Below are positions 8,206-16,837 of a DNA stretch of 54,620 nucleotides, piece after piece. A model generated the notes under the pieces. The model did no database searches. It had not been told where the DNA came from and was given only the letters and a program-made list of their open reading frames with translations. The stretch's first letter is position 1; each line of letters opens with the position of its first letter. The DNA lies in the NCBI GenBank assembly GCA_037127835.1, contig JBAXXS010000002.1:1-54620 (forward strand), in the 5' to 3' direction. Position numbers and translations under genes: made by a program. This DNA comes from Verrucomicrobiota bacterium (GTDB lineage Bacteria > Verrucomicrobiota > Verrucomicrobiia > Chthoniobacterales > UBA6821).

Positions 8206-9150
8206 TCAGATCATGAAGTCGATCTCGTCCTCGCTGAGTTGGACGGTCACCGGTGCTGATTTCTTTCCCTTTTTATCGAGACGTTTTTGTACCTGCTCTC
8301 CGCGCACGAGTAAGGTGTCGGGGGGAATGCTCTTCATGAGAAAGACATTGGCTCCGATCGTGCTCCTGGCCCCGATGACGGTATCGCCGCCAAGAATGAT
8401 GCCATTCGGATAGATGACGACATCATCCTCGACCTCAGGGTGTCGCTTTGTGCCCCTAAGCATTTCGCCCTTCTCGTCTTTCTGGAAGCTGCGGGCTCCA
8501 AGTGTCACTCCGTGGTAAAGCTTCACCCGGTTGCCGATAACACAGGTCTCGCCGATGACGACGCCGGTTCCATGGTCGATGAAGAAATGAGAGCCGATCG
8601 TGGCGCCGGGATGAATGTCGATTCCGGTGCGACTGTGAGCCCATTCGGTCATCATGCGCGGAAGTAAAGGGACATTCTCACGATGGAGCAGATGTGCGAC
8701 GCGTTGGATGGCGACCGCCTCCAGACCCGGATAAGCCAGAACGATCTCTTCGAGACTCCGTGCCGCTGGGTCACCCGCGTAGGCGGCTTCGACATCTGTC
8801 TTGAGTAGTGCGCGGGCGACGGGGATTCCCGTAAAAAAATGCTCGGTGATAGTACTCGCTTTTTTCCTAAGTTCATCGTCGGAAGTATTGGCTTCGCGTA
8901 GGCTAACCATGATCGCCGATTCCAGTTGTTCTGCGATCTTGTCGATAATCTCCTGCGCCGCGCCGGGTAACTTCTCGGATGAGACGGCCTCATCGGAGAA
9001 AAAGCCAGGAAACAGCAAGTGAAGAAGGTCTTCGCTGAGCGTGGCAACAGCGTTTTTCGAAGGAAGATTCGAGCGGTCGACATGGTTGATCCCGCCGCTC
9101 TCCCGATAGGAGTCGAGGATCGGCTGGAGCAGGTGCTTCCGGGAGTTCAT
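8206..9150 (-). CDS. cysE: serine O-acetyltransferase
   Basis: Hexapeptide region DIHPGATIGSHFFIDHGTGVVIGETCVIGNRVKLYHGVTLGA. The start is ATG 9150 (MNSRKHLL) or 9231. The C-terminus ends in Ile (..DFMI). Confidence 0.9.
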   Translation of the reverse strand: MNSRKHLLQPILDSYRESGGINHVDRSNLPSKNAVATLSEDLLHLLFPGFFSDEAVSSEKLPGAAQEIIDKIAEQLESAIMVSLREANTSDDELRKKASTITEHFFTGIPVARALLKTDVEAAYAGDPAARSLEEIVLAYPGLEAVAIQRVAHLLHRENVPLLPRMMTEWAHSRTGIDIHPGATIGSHFFIDHGTGVVIGETCVIGNRVKLYHGVTLGARSFQKDEKGEMLRGTKRHPEVEDDVVIYPNGIILGGDTVIGARSTIGANVFLMKSIPPDTLLVRGEQVQKRLDKKGKKSAPVTVQLSEDEIDFMI

Positions 9151-9371
9151 CCCATTCACATTATCGGTTTCAGGCAACCCGTGCCAGCAAAAGCCCCCAA
9201 GTGTACCAATCGGAGCATCCAAGCAAGACATGGCGGACGTTTGACACCACCTCTGGCTGTGGCTATGAGGAATCGTCTGAATTTACTGCACATCGCGGTT
9301 GGCTCAAAACTTCATCCCACCACCCTTCCTTTTAATCGCACTAAATCACCACGGGCAACCCATCCAGCATC

Positions 9372-10286
9372 ATGAATCCAGGTTACGATAAAAAACTCTA
9401 TCTTCTCGCATTCGATCATCGTGGTTCCTTTGAGCACGGACTCTTCGGAGCCACTCCTCCTGTTTCCGAGGAAATCAGGAGCAAAATCATCGACCTGAAA
9501 AAGATTATTTTCGAGGCCAATCAGTTGGCTATCGCTGGAGGGGGTTCCAAAGAGATATCAGGTATTCTTGTTGACGAGGAATTTGGCACCGAAGTGGCTC
9601 ACAAGGCGATTGCCGACGGGGTACCACTCGCGATGCCAGTCGAGAAATCCGGACAGGATGAGTTTGAATTTCAATATGGTGATGATTTCGGAAGTCATAT
9701 CGAGGCCTTCAACCCCACCTTTGCGAAAGTGCTCGTCCGATATAATCCGGAGGATGACGCCGCCATGAATGATCGCCAGACCAAGCGTCTGGCGACCCTG
9801 AGTCGCTGGCTCAAGGAGAACGGCCGCAGACTTCTCTTTGAACTGCTGGTGCTGGCCACGACTCGGCAACTGGACCGGTTTGAAGGACACCAGCGCGAAT
9901 TTGATGCACACCTTCGTCCCCAACTCGTGATTGAGATCATTCGCCACATGCAGGCGGCGGGTGTCGAGGCGGATATCTGGAAGATCGAGGGTTTGGATTC
10001 CTCTGCAGCGTGCGATGCCGTTGCGAAGCAATCAAGGGCAGGCGGTCGCGATGAGGTGAAGTGCATCATTCTCGGCCGAGGAGCCGATCTCGATCAGGTA
10101 CTGACTTGGATCAAACTTGCCGCACCGGTCGAGGGTTTTGATGGATTTGCCGTGGGCCGTACGCTCTGGCAAGAGGCCCTTCAGGGATTCGTTGCCGGCA
10201 CATCATCGCGGGAGATAACCGTTAAGACGATTGCCGAGCGCTACCTCTCCTGCATCAGCACCTACGAGGCCGCTGCTGGCAAATAA
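9372..10286 (+). CDS. DUF2090 / IolC-C-terminal-like class I aldolase family protein (2-deoxy-5-keto-gluconate-6-P aldolase-like)
   Basis: LYLLAFDHRGSFEHGLFG, MPVEKSGQDEFEFQYGDDF, VLVRYNPEDD, DIWKIEG and ILGRGA match my recollection of the DUF2090 family. Confidence 0.7.
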   Translation: MNPGYDKKLYLLAFDHRGSFEHGLFGATPPVSEEIRSKIIDLKKIIFEANQLAIAGGGSKEISGILVDEEFGTEVAHKAIADGVPLAMPVEKSGQDEFEFQYGDDFGSHIEAFNPTFAKVLVRYNPEDDAAMNDRQTKRLATLSRWLKENGRRLLFELLVLATTRQLDRFEGHQREFDAHLRPQLVIEIIRHMQAAGVEADIWKIEGLDSSAACDAVAKQSRAGGRDEVKCIILGRGADLDQVLTWIKLAAPVEGFDGFAVGRTLWQEALQGFVAGTSSREITVKTIAERYLSCISTYEAAAGK

Positions 10287-10326
10287 GTTACAATCAAGCG
10301 ACAGGAATCAAACACACCTCACTGCC

Positions 10327-11142
10327 ATGACAACACCCAACGATATCCGCATGATGATTGCCGATGTGGACGGCACCTTGGTCACCCAGGAAAAAGTTCT
10401 CACGGAGCGCGCCATTGCCGCCGTTCACAAACTCCACGATACCGGCATTCTCTTTGCTGTCACAAGCGGTCGTCCCCCTCGCGGGATGTCGATGCTCATC
10501 GATCCCCTGAAGCTCACGACGCCGATCTCGGGCTTCAATGGCGGAATTGTTGTCGATAGTGAGATGAATGTCATCGACCAGAAGGTCATCCAACAGGATC
10601 TGGTGAAACCGATGTTCAAACTCCTGAAGTCGATGTCGCTTGATGTCTGGGTTTATCAGGGGGCCAAGTGGTATGTGGGCAACCGTAAGGCGCCCCATGT
10701 GGACCGTGAGGCTTGGACGGTGAAGTTCGAGCCACTGGTGGTGGATGATATCGAATCCATCACTGAGAACGTGGCAAAAATCGTTGGCGTTAGCGATGAC
10801 CTGGCAGCTATCCAGGCCGCCACGGAGGCTGCCCACAAGGAATTCGGCTCCCATGTCTCCGCCGAGCCATCACAGCCCTATTACCTGGATATCACCCATC
10901 CCGAGGCCAACAAGGGCTCGACCGTCGAGTATCTCTCCGCAAAGTACAATATCCCCTCCGCCGCTATCGCAACGATCGGTGACATGCCGACCGATGTCCT
11001 GATGTTCGAGCGCTCAGGCGTGGGCATTGCCATGGGCAACGCGAAGCCTGATGTTCAAAAAGCGGCGCGCGACGTCACTCTCTCCAACGAGCAGGAGGGC
11101 TTTGCCGTGGCCGTAGAGCGCTTTATTCTGGGATTGAGTTGA
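10327..11142 (+). CDS. Cof-type HAD-IIB phosphatase
   Basis: DVDGTLV motif I, TSGRPP motif II, GDMPTDVLMF motif IV. ATG 10327 is preferred over the extended ORF start. Confidence 0.85.
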   Translation: MTTPNDIRMMIADVDGTLVTQEKVLTERAIAAVHKLHDTGILFAVTSGRPPRGMSMLIDPLKLTTPISGFNGGIVVDSEMNVIDQKVIQQDLVKPMFKLLKSMSLDVWVYQGAKWYVGNRKAPHVDREAWTVKFEPLVVDDIESITENVAKIVGVSDDLAAIQAATEAAHKEFGSHVSAEPSQPYYLDITHPEANKGSTVEYLSAKYNIPSAAIATIGDMPTDVLMFERSGVGIAMGNAKPDVQKAARDVTLSNEQEGFAVAVERFILGLS

Positions 11143-11194
11143 TAAGCTAGCCACCTACTCCCATTAACCCTTTAAGAGGCGGCGAAGATCCTGC

Positions 11195-11731
11195 TTATCG
11201 GTTCCAGGGAGCCCGCGCCAGTAAGAGCCCCATCCCGCACCAGTCGGAGACTCCGGCAAAGATAAGCCCGGCACCGATAAGGGCAGGAAGAGCAAGTAAT
11301 GCAGGGTTCACGAAAACTCCGAGTATAATGCCCAGAAGGAGCAGACTTCCGGCGCCGATCCGGACTTGACGCTCGATGCTGATGGCGCTCTTTGTTCCCT
11401 TCACGACAGGCAGTCCGGCCGCCACCCAAGCCTGAGTGCCTCCCTCCACGACATGAACCGAGGGATAACCCGCAGCCAGAAAATGACCTGCGGCAAGCAT
11501 CGCCCGCCCACCTTTTTCACAGAGGATGCAAAGGGGCGCATCCTTTGGCAGGGGAGAGCTTCCCTCCAAAGCTATTGTCTGGATTGAATCCAAGGGAATG
11601 TTTCGTGCTCCGGAGGCATGGACTCCTCTGAATTCAGCCGGTGTGCGTACGTCGAGCAAGATCGCCTTGGCATTTTTCGCGGCGATCTCGCAGGCCTCCC
11701 GCGGAGTGACGTTGGAAATGGGGTTGCTCAC
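11195..11731 (-). CDS. rhodanese domain plus DUF2892 membrane domain protein (YgaP-like)
   Basis: Rhodanese active-site loop ILCEKGGRA. The C-terminal part is hydrophobic with SDWCGMG (DUF2892-like). A GTG start at 11731, 4 nt after the cysN stop, is inferred because the ATG-extended ORF would overlap cysN by 68 nt. Confidence 0.7.
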   Translation of the reverse strand: MSNPISNVTPREACEIAAKNAKAILLDVRTPAEFRGVHASGARNIPLDSIQTIALEGSSPLPKDAPLCILCEKGGRAMLAAGHFLAAGYPSVHVVEGGTQAWVAAGLPVVKGTKSAISIERQVRIGAGSLLLLGIILGVFVNPALLALPALIGAGLIFAGVSDWCGMGLLLARAPWNR

Positions 11732-11735
11732 TGCC

Positions 11736-13052
11736 TTAGATCGCGAAGTCGCGGTATTCGGGTCGGGCCACCTCGGTGGGGGGTAGTAGCATTCCTGCCG
11801 CAACCGTGGCGTTGGTTCCGGGTTCGATCAGAATGAAGGATCCAGTAAGCCGGTTCATCGCGTAGCCGTCGTAGATCAGGGGCTTTGCGGTCTTCAGTCG
11901 GATCTCACCGAGGTCGTTCATGGCGAGTTCTGTACTGCCATCTTCCTTCTCAAGAGTGGAGATATTGATCCGGTGCTCAATAGCCGTCACTGCAGCCTTT
12001 ACTGTCTGGTTTGTGTGCTTGAGCAAGTACTGCTTGCCGGGCGTAAGTGGGCGCGCATTCATCCAGCAGATCTTCGCATGGAGATCCGAGGAAGCTCCGG
12101 GAAGATCCTCTGCATCGACGATCACATCGCCGCGGCTGATATCAAGATCATGCTCGAGCACTAGCGTCACAGACTGCGGGCTGAAAGCCTCCTCTTGCAG
12201 GCCATCCAGGGTCCAGATCTGTTTGATGGTGGAGCTGAAGCCGCTTGGTAGAATCATTACCTTCTGGCCGACCCGAACGATCCCTCCTGCGATCTGACCG
12301 CTCAGGCCGCGGAAATCATGAAGGGTCTGATCCGTGGGATTGTTCGGGCGGTTCACCCATTGCATGGGGAAGCGGAAGTTCGAGAGATTCCAATCGCTGG
12401 CAATGTGCACGGTCTCGAGATGACCGAGTAGTGTCGGGCCTGGATACCACGGAGTGTGAGCAGAGAGGGTGACGATATTGTCCCCCTGTAAGGCGCTCAC
12501 AGGGATGAACTTCACATCCTTGATGTCGAGACGGGGAAGAAATTCCTCGAACTGATCCTTGATCTCAAGAAAGCGTTCCTCGCTCCAGTCGACCAGGTCC
12601 ATCTTGTTGATGGCAACGACGAGGTGGGGGATGCGCAATAGAGAGGCGATGATCGCGTGGCGACGGCTCTGCTCGATGACGCCCTGACGCGCGTCGATCA
12701 AGATGATCGAGAGGTTGGCCGTCGAGGCCCCGGTGACCATGTTGCGCGTGTACTGCACGTGGCCCGGCGTATCGGCGATAATGAACTTGCGGTGAGGAGT
12801 CGCGAAGTAGCGGTAAGCGACATCGATCGTGATCCCCTGCTCGCGCTCGGCACGCAGGCCGTCGGTGAGGTTGGCCAGATTGATCTGTCCTCCGCCTGTG
12901 ATGTCGGCGGAGCGCTCGAGGGTCTCGATCTGGTCCTCCATCAGTGACTTGGAGTCGTAGAGAAGACGGCCGATTAAAGTAGACTTGCCGTCATCGACGG
13001 ATCCGCAGGTGTTGAATCTTAAGAGGTCTACTGGATGGTGCGTCACAGTCAT
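11736..13052 (-). CDS. cysN: sulfate adenylyltransferase subunit 1 (GTPase), without a fused APS kinase domain
   Basis: GSVDDGKST, DTPGH and NKMD GTPase motifs. At 438 aa it has no CysC domain. Confidence 0.92.
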   Translation of the reverse strand: MTVTHHPVDLLRFNTCGSVDDGKSTLIGRLLYDSKSLMEDQIETLERSADITGGGQINLANLTDGLRAEREQGITIDVAYRYFATPHRKFIIADTPGHVQYTRNMVTGASTANLSIILIDARQGVIEQSRRHAIIASLLRIPHLVVAINKMDLVDWSEERFLEIKDQFEEFLPRLDIKDVKFIPVSALQGDNIVTLSAHTPWYPGPTLLGHLETVHIASDWNLSNFRFPMQWVNRPNNPTDQTLHDFRGLSGQIAGGIVRVGQKVMILPSGFSSTIKQIWTLDGLQEEAFSPQSVTLVLEHDLDISRGDVIVDAEDLPGASSDLHAKICWMNARPLTPGKQYLLKHTNQTVKAAVTAIEHRINISTLEKEDGSTELAMNDLGEIRLKTAKPLIYDGYAMNRLTGSFILIEPGTNATVAAGMLLPPTEVARPEYRDFAI

Positions 13053-13074
13053 TGGAATTTTTAATTTTTAATAT

Positions 13075-13093
13075 GGAACTCAGGAACTCAGGA
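13075..13093. repeat. tandem GGAACTCAG units related to the TIR of the 1106-1327 element
   Basis: ggaactcaggaactcagga is preceded by aatat. The 14-mer AATATGGAACTCAG is identical to 1101-1114. Confidence 0.5.
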
Positions 13094-13142
13094 CGGCGGA
13101 GAAACAAAATGGGGATACGAAAACGTATTGTTATTTACTCCC

Positions 13143-13170
13143 CTCTGCGACTCTGCGCCTCTGCGCGAGA
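13143..13170 (+). repeat. 28-nt CTCTGCGN x3 + GAGA dispersed repeat, copy 1 (solo, in the cysD-cysN spacer)
   Basis: ctctgcga ctctgcgc ctctgcgc gaga. Related copies are at 27509-27536 (rc), 27932-27958, 29877-29904 (rc) and 48941-48968. Confidence 0.75.
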
Positions 13171-13206
13171 TTTTTCGGCTGTGTAATCATGGAGATCTCA
13201 GAATTC

Positions 13207-14109
13207 CTAGAAATACCCCGCCTTCTTGCGGTCCTCCATGGCCGCCTCCGAGACGCGATCATCCGCGCGGGATCCACGCTCGGTGACACGTGCTGCAGCG
13301 ATCTCGGAAATGATGTCATCGCAGGTAGCGGCGGGGGACTCCACACAGCCAGTGCTGATGATGTCGCCGATAGTGCGGACACGAACGACCAACTCCTTCA
13401 CTTCCTCGTTGGCCTTTGCCGGCATCAGCTCTGTATCAGGAACCCACTGGCCTCCACGACGCACGCAGCGTCGCTTGTGGCTGAAGTAGATGGATGGAAC
13501 CTCTAGCTTCTCACGCTTGATGTATTCCCAGACATCCATCTCGGTCCAGTTGGAGAGGGGAAACACACGCATATTCTCACCCGGATTCAGGCGCCCGTTG
13601 TAGAGGTTCCAGATCTCGGGTCTCTGGTTCTTGGGGTCCCATTGGCCAAAGCTATCTCGGAAGCTGAAGAATCGCTCCTTGGCGCGGGCTTTTTCCTCAT
13701 CGCGGCGGGCGCCGCCGATGCAGCAATCGAAGCGAAACTCCTCGATCGCCCCCAGGAGGACGGGAATCTGGAGCTGGTTGCGACTGATCTGTCCGGGGGC
13801 CTGGACTGCGGTTCCCTTTTCCAGGGCCTCATCTACGGTACGAACGATCAGTTTTGCATGCAGTTCCTTGGCTCTGCGGTCTCGGAATTCCAGGAGCTCG
13901 GGGAACTCGTGACCCGTCGCCACATTGAGGAAGGGCATTGGAATATCCGAGGGGCGGAAGGCCTTCTCGGCAAGACGGAGGAGGCAGATTGAATCCTTAC
14001 CGCCAGAAAAAAGAATTGCAGGTCGCTCAAATTCGGCGGCGACTTCACGCATGATGTGGATCGCCTCGGTTTCAAGATAATCCAGATGATCTAGGTGATA
14101 GCTTTTCAT
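13207..14109 (-). CDS. cysD: sulfate adenylyltransferase subunit 2
   Basis: PAPS-reductase-fold N-terminus ILFSGGKDS and the highly conserved CysD C-terminus ...RVSEAAMEDRKKAGYF. Confidence 0.95.
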   Translation of the reverse strand: MKSYHLDHLDYLETEAIHIMREVAAEFERPAILFSGGKDSICLLRLAEKAFRPSDIPMPFLNVATGHEFPELLEFRDRRAKELHAKLIVRTVDEALEKGTAVQAPGQISRNQLQIPVLLGAIEEFRFDCCIGGARRDEEKARAKERFFSFRDSFGQWDPKNQRPEIWNLYNGRLNPGENMRVFPLSNWTEMDVWEYIKREKLEVPSIYFSHKRRCVRRGGQWVPDTELMPAKANEEVKELVVRVRTIGDIISTGCVESPAATCDDIISEIAAARVTERGSRADDRVSEAAMEDRKKAGYF

Positions 14110-14121
14110 GATCAGTAATTC

Positions 14122-14805
14122 TTAAGCGGCCGATTTTGCAGCGGCTCCGCCCCAGCTTGCATGGAGTCCGCACTCCCGCTTATCGTCGGCTTTGGCGGGA
14201 TCGAAGTAGTCCCATTCGTTGGGGAGCTTGTGCTCGGCGAGATAAGCCTCCATTTCTTCATCGGAGAAATAGAAGACGGGACTGATCTTGAGGGAAGCGA
14301 AGTTGGCGTCGGCCGAGACGATATCGAGTTCGGCGCGGTTCGGGTTCTGGACTTTGCGGAGTGCAGTGATCCAGATGGTCGGTGCCAGTTCTTTCATGCC
14401 CCGCTGGAAGGGTTCAAGCTTCATCAGAGTGCTGAATTTCTTGAGCTTCTCCTCCTCTTCCGGTGTGGGGATGGGGCCATCGAGGGCATCGCGGTGCGCA
14501 GTCGTGATCTTGGGGAGATAGGCCTTGAGATTGAGGCCAAGAAGGTTTTTCAACTCCTCCGCATGCTTGTAGGTGGCCGGACGGTTATATCCGTGATCAA
14601 CCCAGAGAACCGGAATGTCGGCCTGAGCCTGCGTGGTCAGATGAAGGACTACCGCCTCGTAGGGACGGAAGTTCGTTGAGACAATGGCCTTGCCTCCGGA
14701 TTCCTTGGCTTGGGCTATAGCCCAACGGGTGATCTCCAGGGGACTCTTGCTCCCGAGTTCTTCGTTCCAGGAATCGATCTGTGATGGCGTGGCTTGCGTC
14801 GACAC
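14122..14805 (-). CDS. cysH: phosphoadenosine phosphosulfate (PAPS)-type reductase; no Fe-S Cys pairs seen
   Basis: C-terminal ECGLH motif. No CC...CxxC cluster motif is present. A GTG start at 14805, 9 nt after the cysI stop, is inferred because the ATG-extended ORF overlaps cysI by 83 nt. Confidence 0.85.
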   Translation of the reverse strand: MSTQATPSQIDSWNEELGSKSPLEITRWAIAQAKESGGKAIVSTNFRPYEAVVLHLTTQAQADIPVLWVDHGYNRPATYKHAEELKNLLGLNLKAYLPKITTAHRDALDGPIPTPEEEEKLKKFSTLMKLEPFQRGMKELAPTIWITALRKVQNPNRAELDIVSADANFASLKISPVFYFSDEEMEAYLAEHKLPNEWDYFDPAKADDKRECGLHASWGGAAAKSAA

Positions 14806-14812
14806 TTGGCAA

Positions 14813-16525
14813 TCAGGCTGCCTGCGTTCCGACACTGTGGAAGGTGGCGTCTGCGGGAAGGATCTCGCGGTCGCAGAAGTCGCCGAACCCCTCATTGTTC
14901 ACGCGCTCGGTGGCGAAGCGCTTGATGATGGGGGTAAGTCGGGTCACGGCGTCATCAATCGTAATGCTCGGCGAGAAGAGGCGATTGAGTCGGGTTCCGT
15001 TATACTTCGCTCCCAAGTAGAGGGCGTATTTTCCGGGAGCCTTGCCGACGAACCCAATCTCCGCAAGATAGGGACGGCAGCAGCCGTTGGGGCATCCGGT
15101 AATCCGGAGGCTGATGGCATCGTCGCGGAGTCCTGCTTCATCGAGGACATTCTCGAATTTTCCCAGGATCGAGGGGAGATCACGCTCGCTCTCCGCGAGG
15201 GCGAGTCCGCAGGTTGGAAGGGCGACGCAGGAGAGGGCATTGAGGCGGAGGCCGGAGCGATCGTTCTCATGGGAGAGGCCATGCTTCTCGAGGATGGCGC
15301 TGATCTCCACTTTCTTGGCGTTGCTGACGCCGGAGATGGTGACGTTCTGCGAGGGGGTGAGGCGGAAGTCTCCCTCGTGGATCTCTGCGATTTCACGCAG
15401 AGCAGTCTTCATTGGCCAGCCCTGGGTGTCTTTGATACGTCCGCTCAGGATGTGAAGGCCGTAGAACCATGTGCCATCGGAGCACTCATGCCAGCCAAAG
15501 GGATCCTCGATCGTAGTGAAATGGAAGGGGCGCGATGGCTCCAGCTGGAAGCTGATGCGTTTCTGGACTTCGCCGCGGAACCATTCGATACCGCGATCCT
15601 GAATCGTGTACTTGAGGCGTGCATGCTTGCGATTGGTACGGTCGCCGAAATCACGCTGGGTGGTGAGGACAGCAGCGCCGACCTCATTCACCTTGTCTGC
15701 AGGAATGAAGCCGAGGAGGTCTGCCAGGCGAGGAAAGGTCTCGGCATTGCCATGACTCATGCCGAGGCCGCCTCCGACCGTTACATTATATCCCACGAGC
15801 TTTCCATTCTCGACGATCGCGATGTAGCCCAGATCCTGGGAGAAGACATCGACGTCATTGGAGGGGGGAATGGCGAAGCCAGTCTTGAATTTTCGGGGGA
15901 GATAGGTGTCACCGTACATCGGCTCAATCTCGGGTTCGCCACCGGCCACGAGTTCCTCGTCGAGATAGATCTCATGGTAGGCACGGGTCTTGGGGAGGGC
16001 ATAGTTGCTCCAGTTTGCCGCATCCTCATAGACCTGCTGGAGGATCTCCGAACGCTCGGGGTTCGGCGGGGCCATGACATTGCGATTCACATCGCCACAG
16101 GCAGCGATGGAGTCGAGCAAGACTTGATTCATTCCCTTGATGAGCTTCTTCACGTTGCCCTTAAGGACCCCGTGGAACTGGAATGTCTGGCGTGTCGTCA
16201 GTCGCAGGGAAGGGGAGGCGACCGCATCAGCCAGCTTGTCGAGGACGATCCACTGTTTTGGCGACGCCTTGCCGCCAGCGAGTCGGACGCGAAGCATGAA
16301 GGCGAAGGCTTTTTCCTTACCTTCCTTTTTGAGCGTGTTGCGCAGATCACGGTCGTCCTGCATGTAAAGACCATGGAATTTCCCAAGCTGATTGCTCTCC
16401 TCGCTGATATTCCCTGTGGTGGTGTCGGCGAGATCGGCGGCGATATTCCCACGAAGGTGATGGGAGTTGATCTTATAGGTCTCGTTGGCGGCGAGGGGTT
16501 TCGGCGTGGTGGTCTCGGAGCTCAT
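14813..16525 (-). CDS. cysI: assimilatory sulfite reductase hemoprotein (CysI/Sir type)
   Basis: N-terminus INSHHLRGNIAADLADTTTGNISEESNQLGKFHGLYMQDDRD. Siroheme/4Fe-4S Cys motifs are SCVALPTCGLA and TGCPNGC. ATG at 16525 (MSSETTT). Confidence 0.92.
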   Translation of the reverse strand: MSSETTTPKPLAANETYKINSHHLRGNIAADLADTTTGNISEESNQLGKFHGLYMQDDRDLRNTLKKEGKEKAFAFMLRVRLAGGKASPKQWIVLDKLADAVASPSLRLTTRQTFQFHGVLKGNVKKLIKGMNQVLLDSIAACGDVNRNVMAPPNPERSEILQQVYEDAANWSNYALPKTRAYHEIYLDEELVAGGEPEIEPMYGDTYLPRKFKTGFAIPPSNDVDVFSQDLGYIAIVENGKLVGYNVTVGGGLGMSHGNAETFPRLADLLGFIPADKVNEVGAAVLTTQRDFGDRTNRKHARLKYTIQDRGIEWFRGEVQKRISFQLEPSRPFHFTTIEDPFGWHECSDGTWFYGLHILSGRIKDTQGWPMKTALREIAEIHEGDFRLTPSQNVTISGVSNAKKVEISAILEKHGLSHENDRSGLRLNALSCVALPTCGLALAESERDLPSILGKFENVLDEAGLRDDAISLRITGCPNGCCRPYLAEIGFVGKAPGKYALYLGAKYNGTRLNRLFSPSITIDDAVTRLTPIIKRFATERVNNEGFGDFCDREILPADATFHSVGTQAA

Positions 16526-16572
16526 GGGATCTTTTGGTGATTGGGAATTCGTAATTGGCGATGGGAAAATAA

Positions 16573-16591
16573 AACGACCGATAAGATCGTT
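16573..16591. promoter_or_regulatory. candidate operator AACGACC-N5-GATCGTT upstream of the cysIHDN operon
   Basis: aacgaccgataagatcgtt is an imperfect palindrome about 48 nt upstream of the cysI ATG. It has the same arm sequence and spacing as 7341-7359. It lies in an AT-rich 310-bp region with several TTATC/GATAA motifs. Confidence 0.35.
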
Positions 16592-16837
16592 ATCTATTAG
16601 CACTTAGCATGGGTATTGAAGTGGTATCGAACGGAGTTGTACGGTTTTTTAAGAATAAGATGCCTATTTTAGACAAAAGCATTTATCAGACGAGAAAAAT
16701 TATCATATTTCAGAAATAAATACGACCCATTCTATCGTCTATTCAACCGACTCACGTGTCTAAGTATTCCCGCTCCCGGATAACCAATCTCCTATTCCCT
16801 AGATCCTATAACCCATCCCCGATTACCTATCTTCGCG

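Noticed and set aside
14684-16540. 618-aa ORF on the plus strand, the longest non-annotated ORF in the window
   Set aside because: It is exactly antisense to cysI/cysH. It has Gly/Ala/Glu/Leu-biased, low-information composition typical of shadow frames of GC-rich genes, whereas the minus-strand frame carries unmistakable sulfite reductase motifs.
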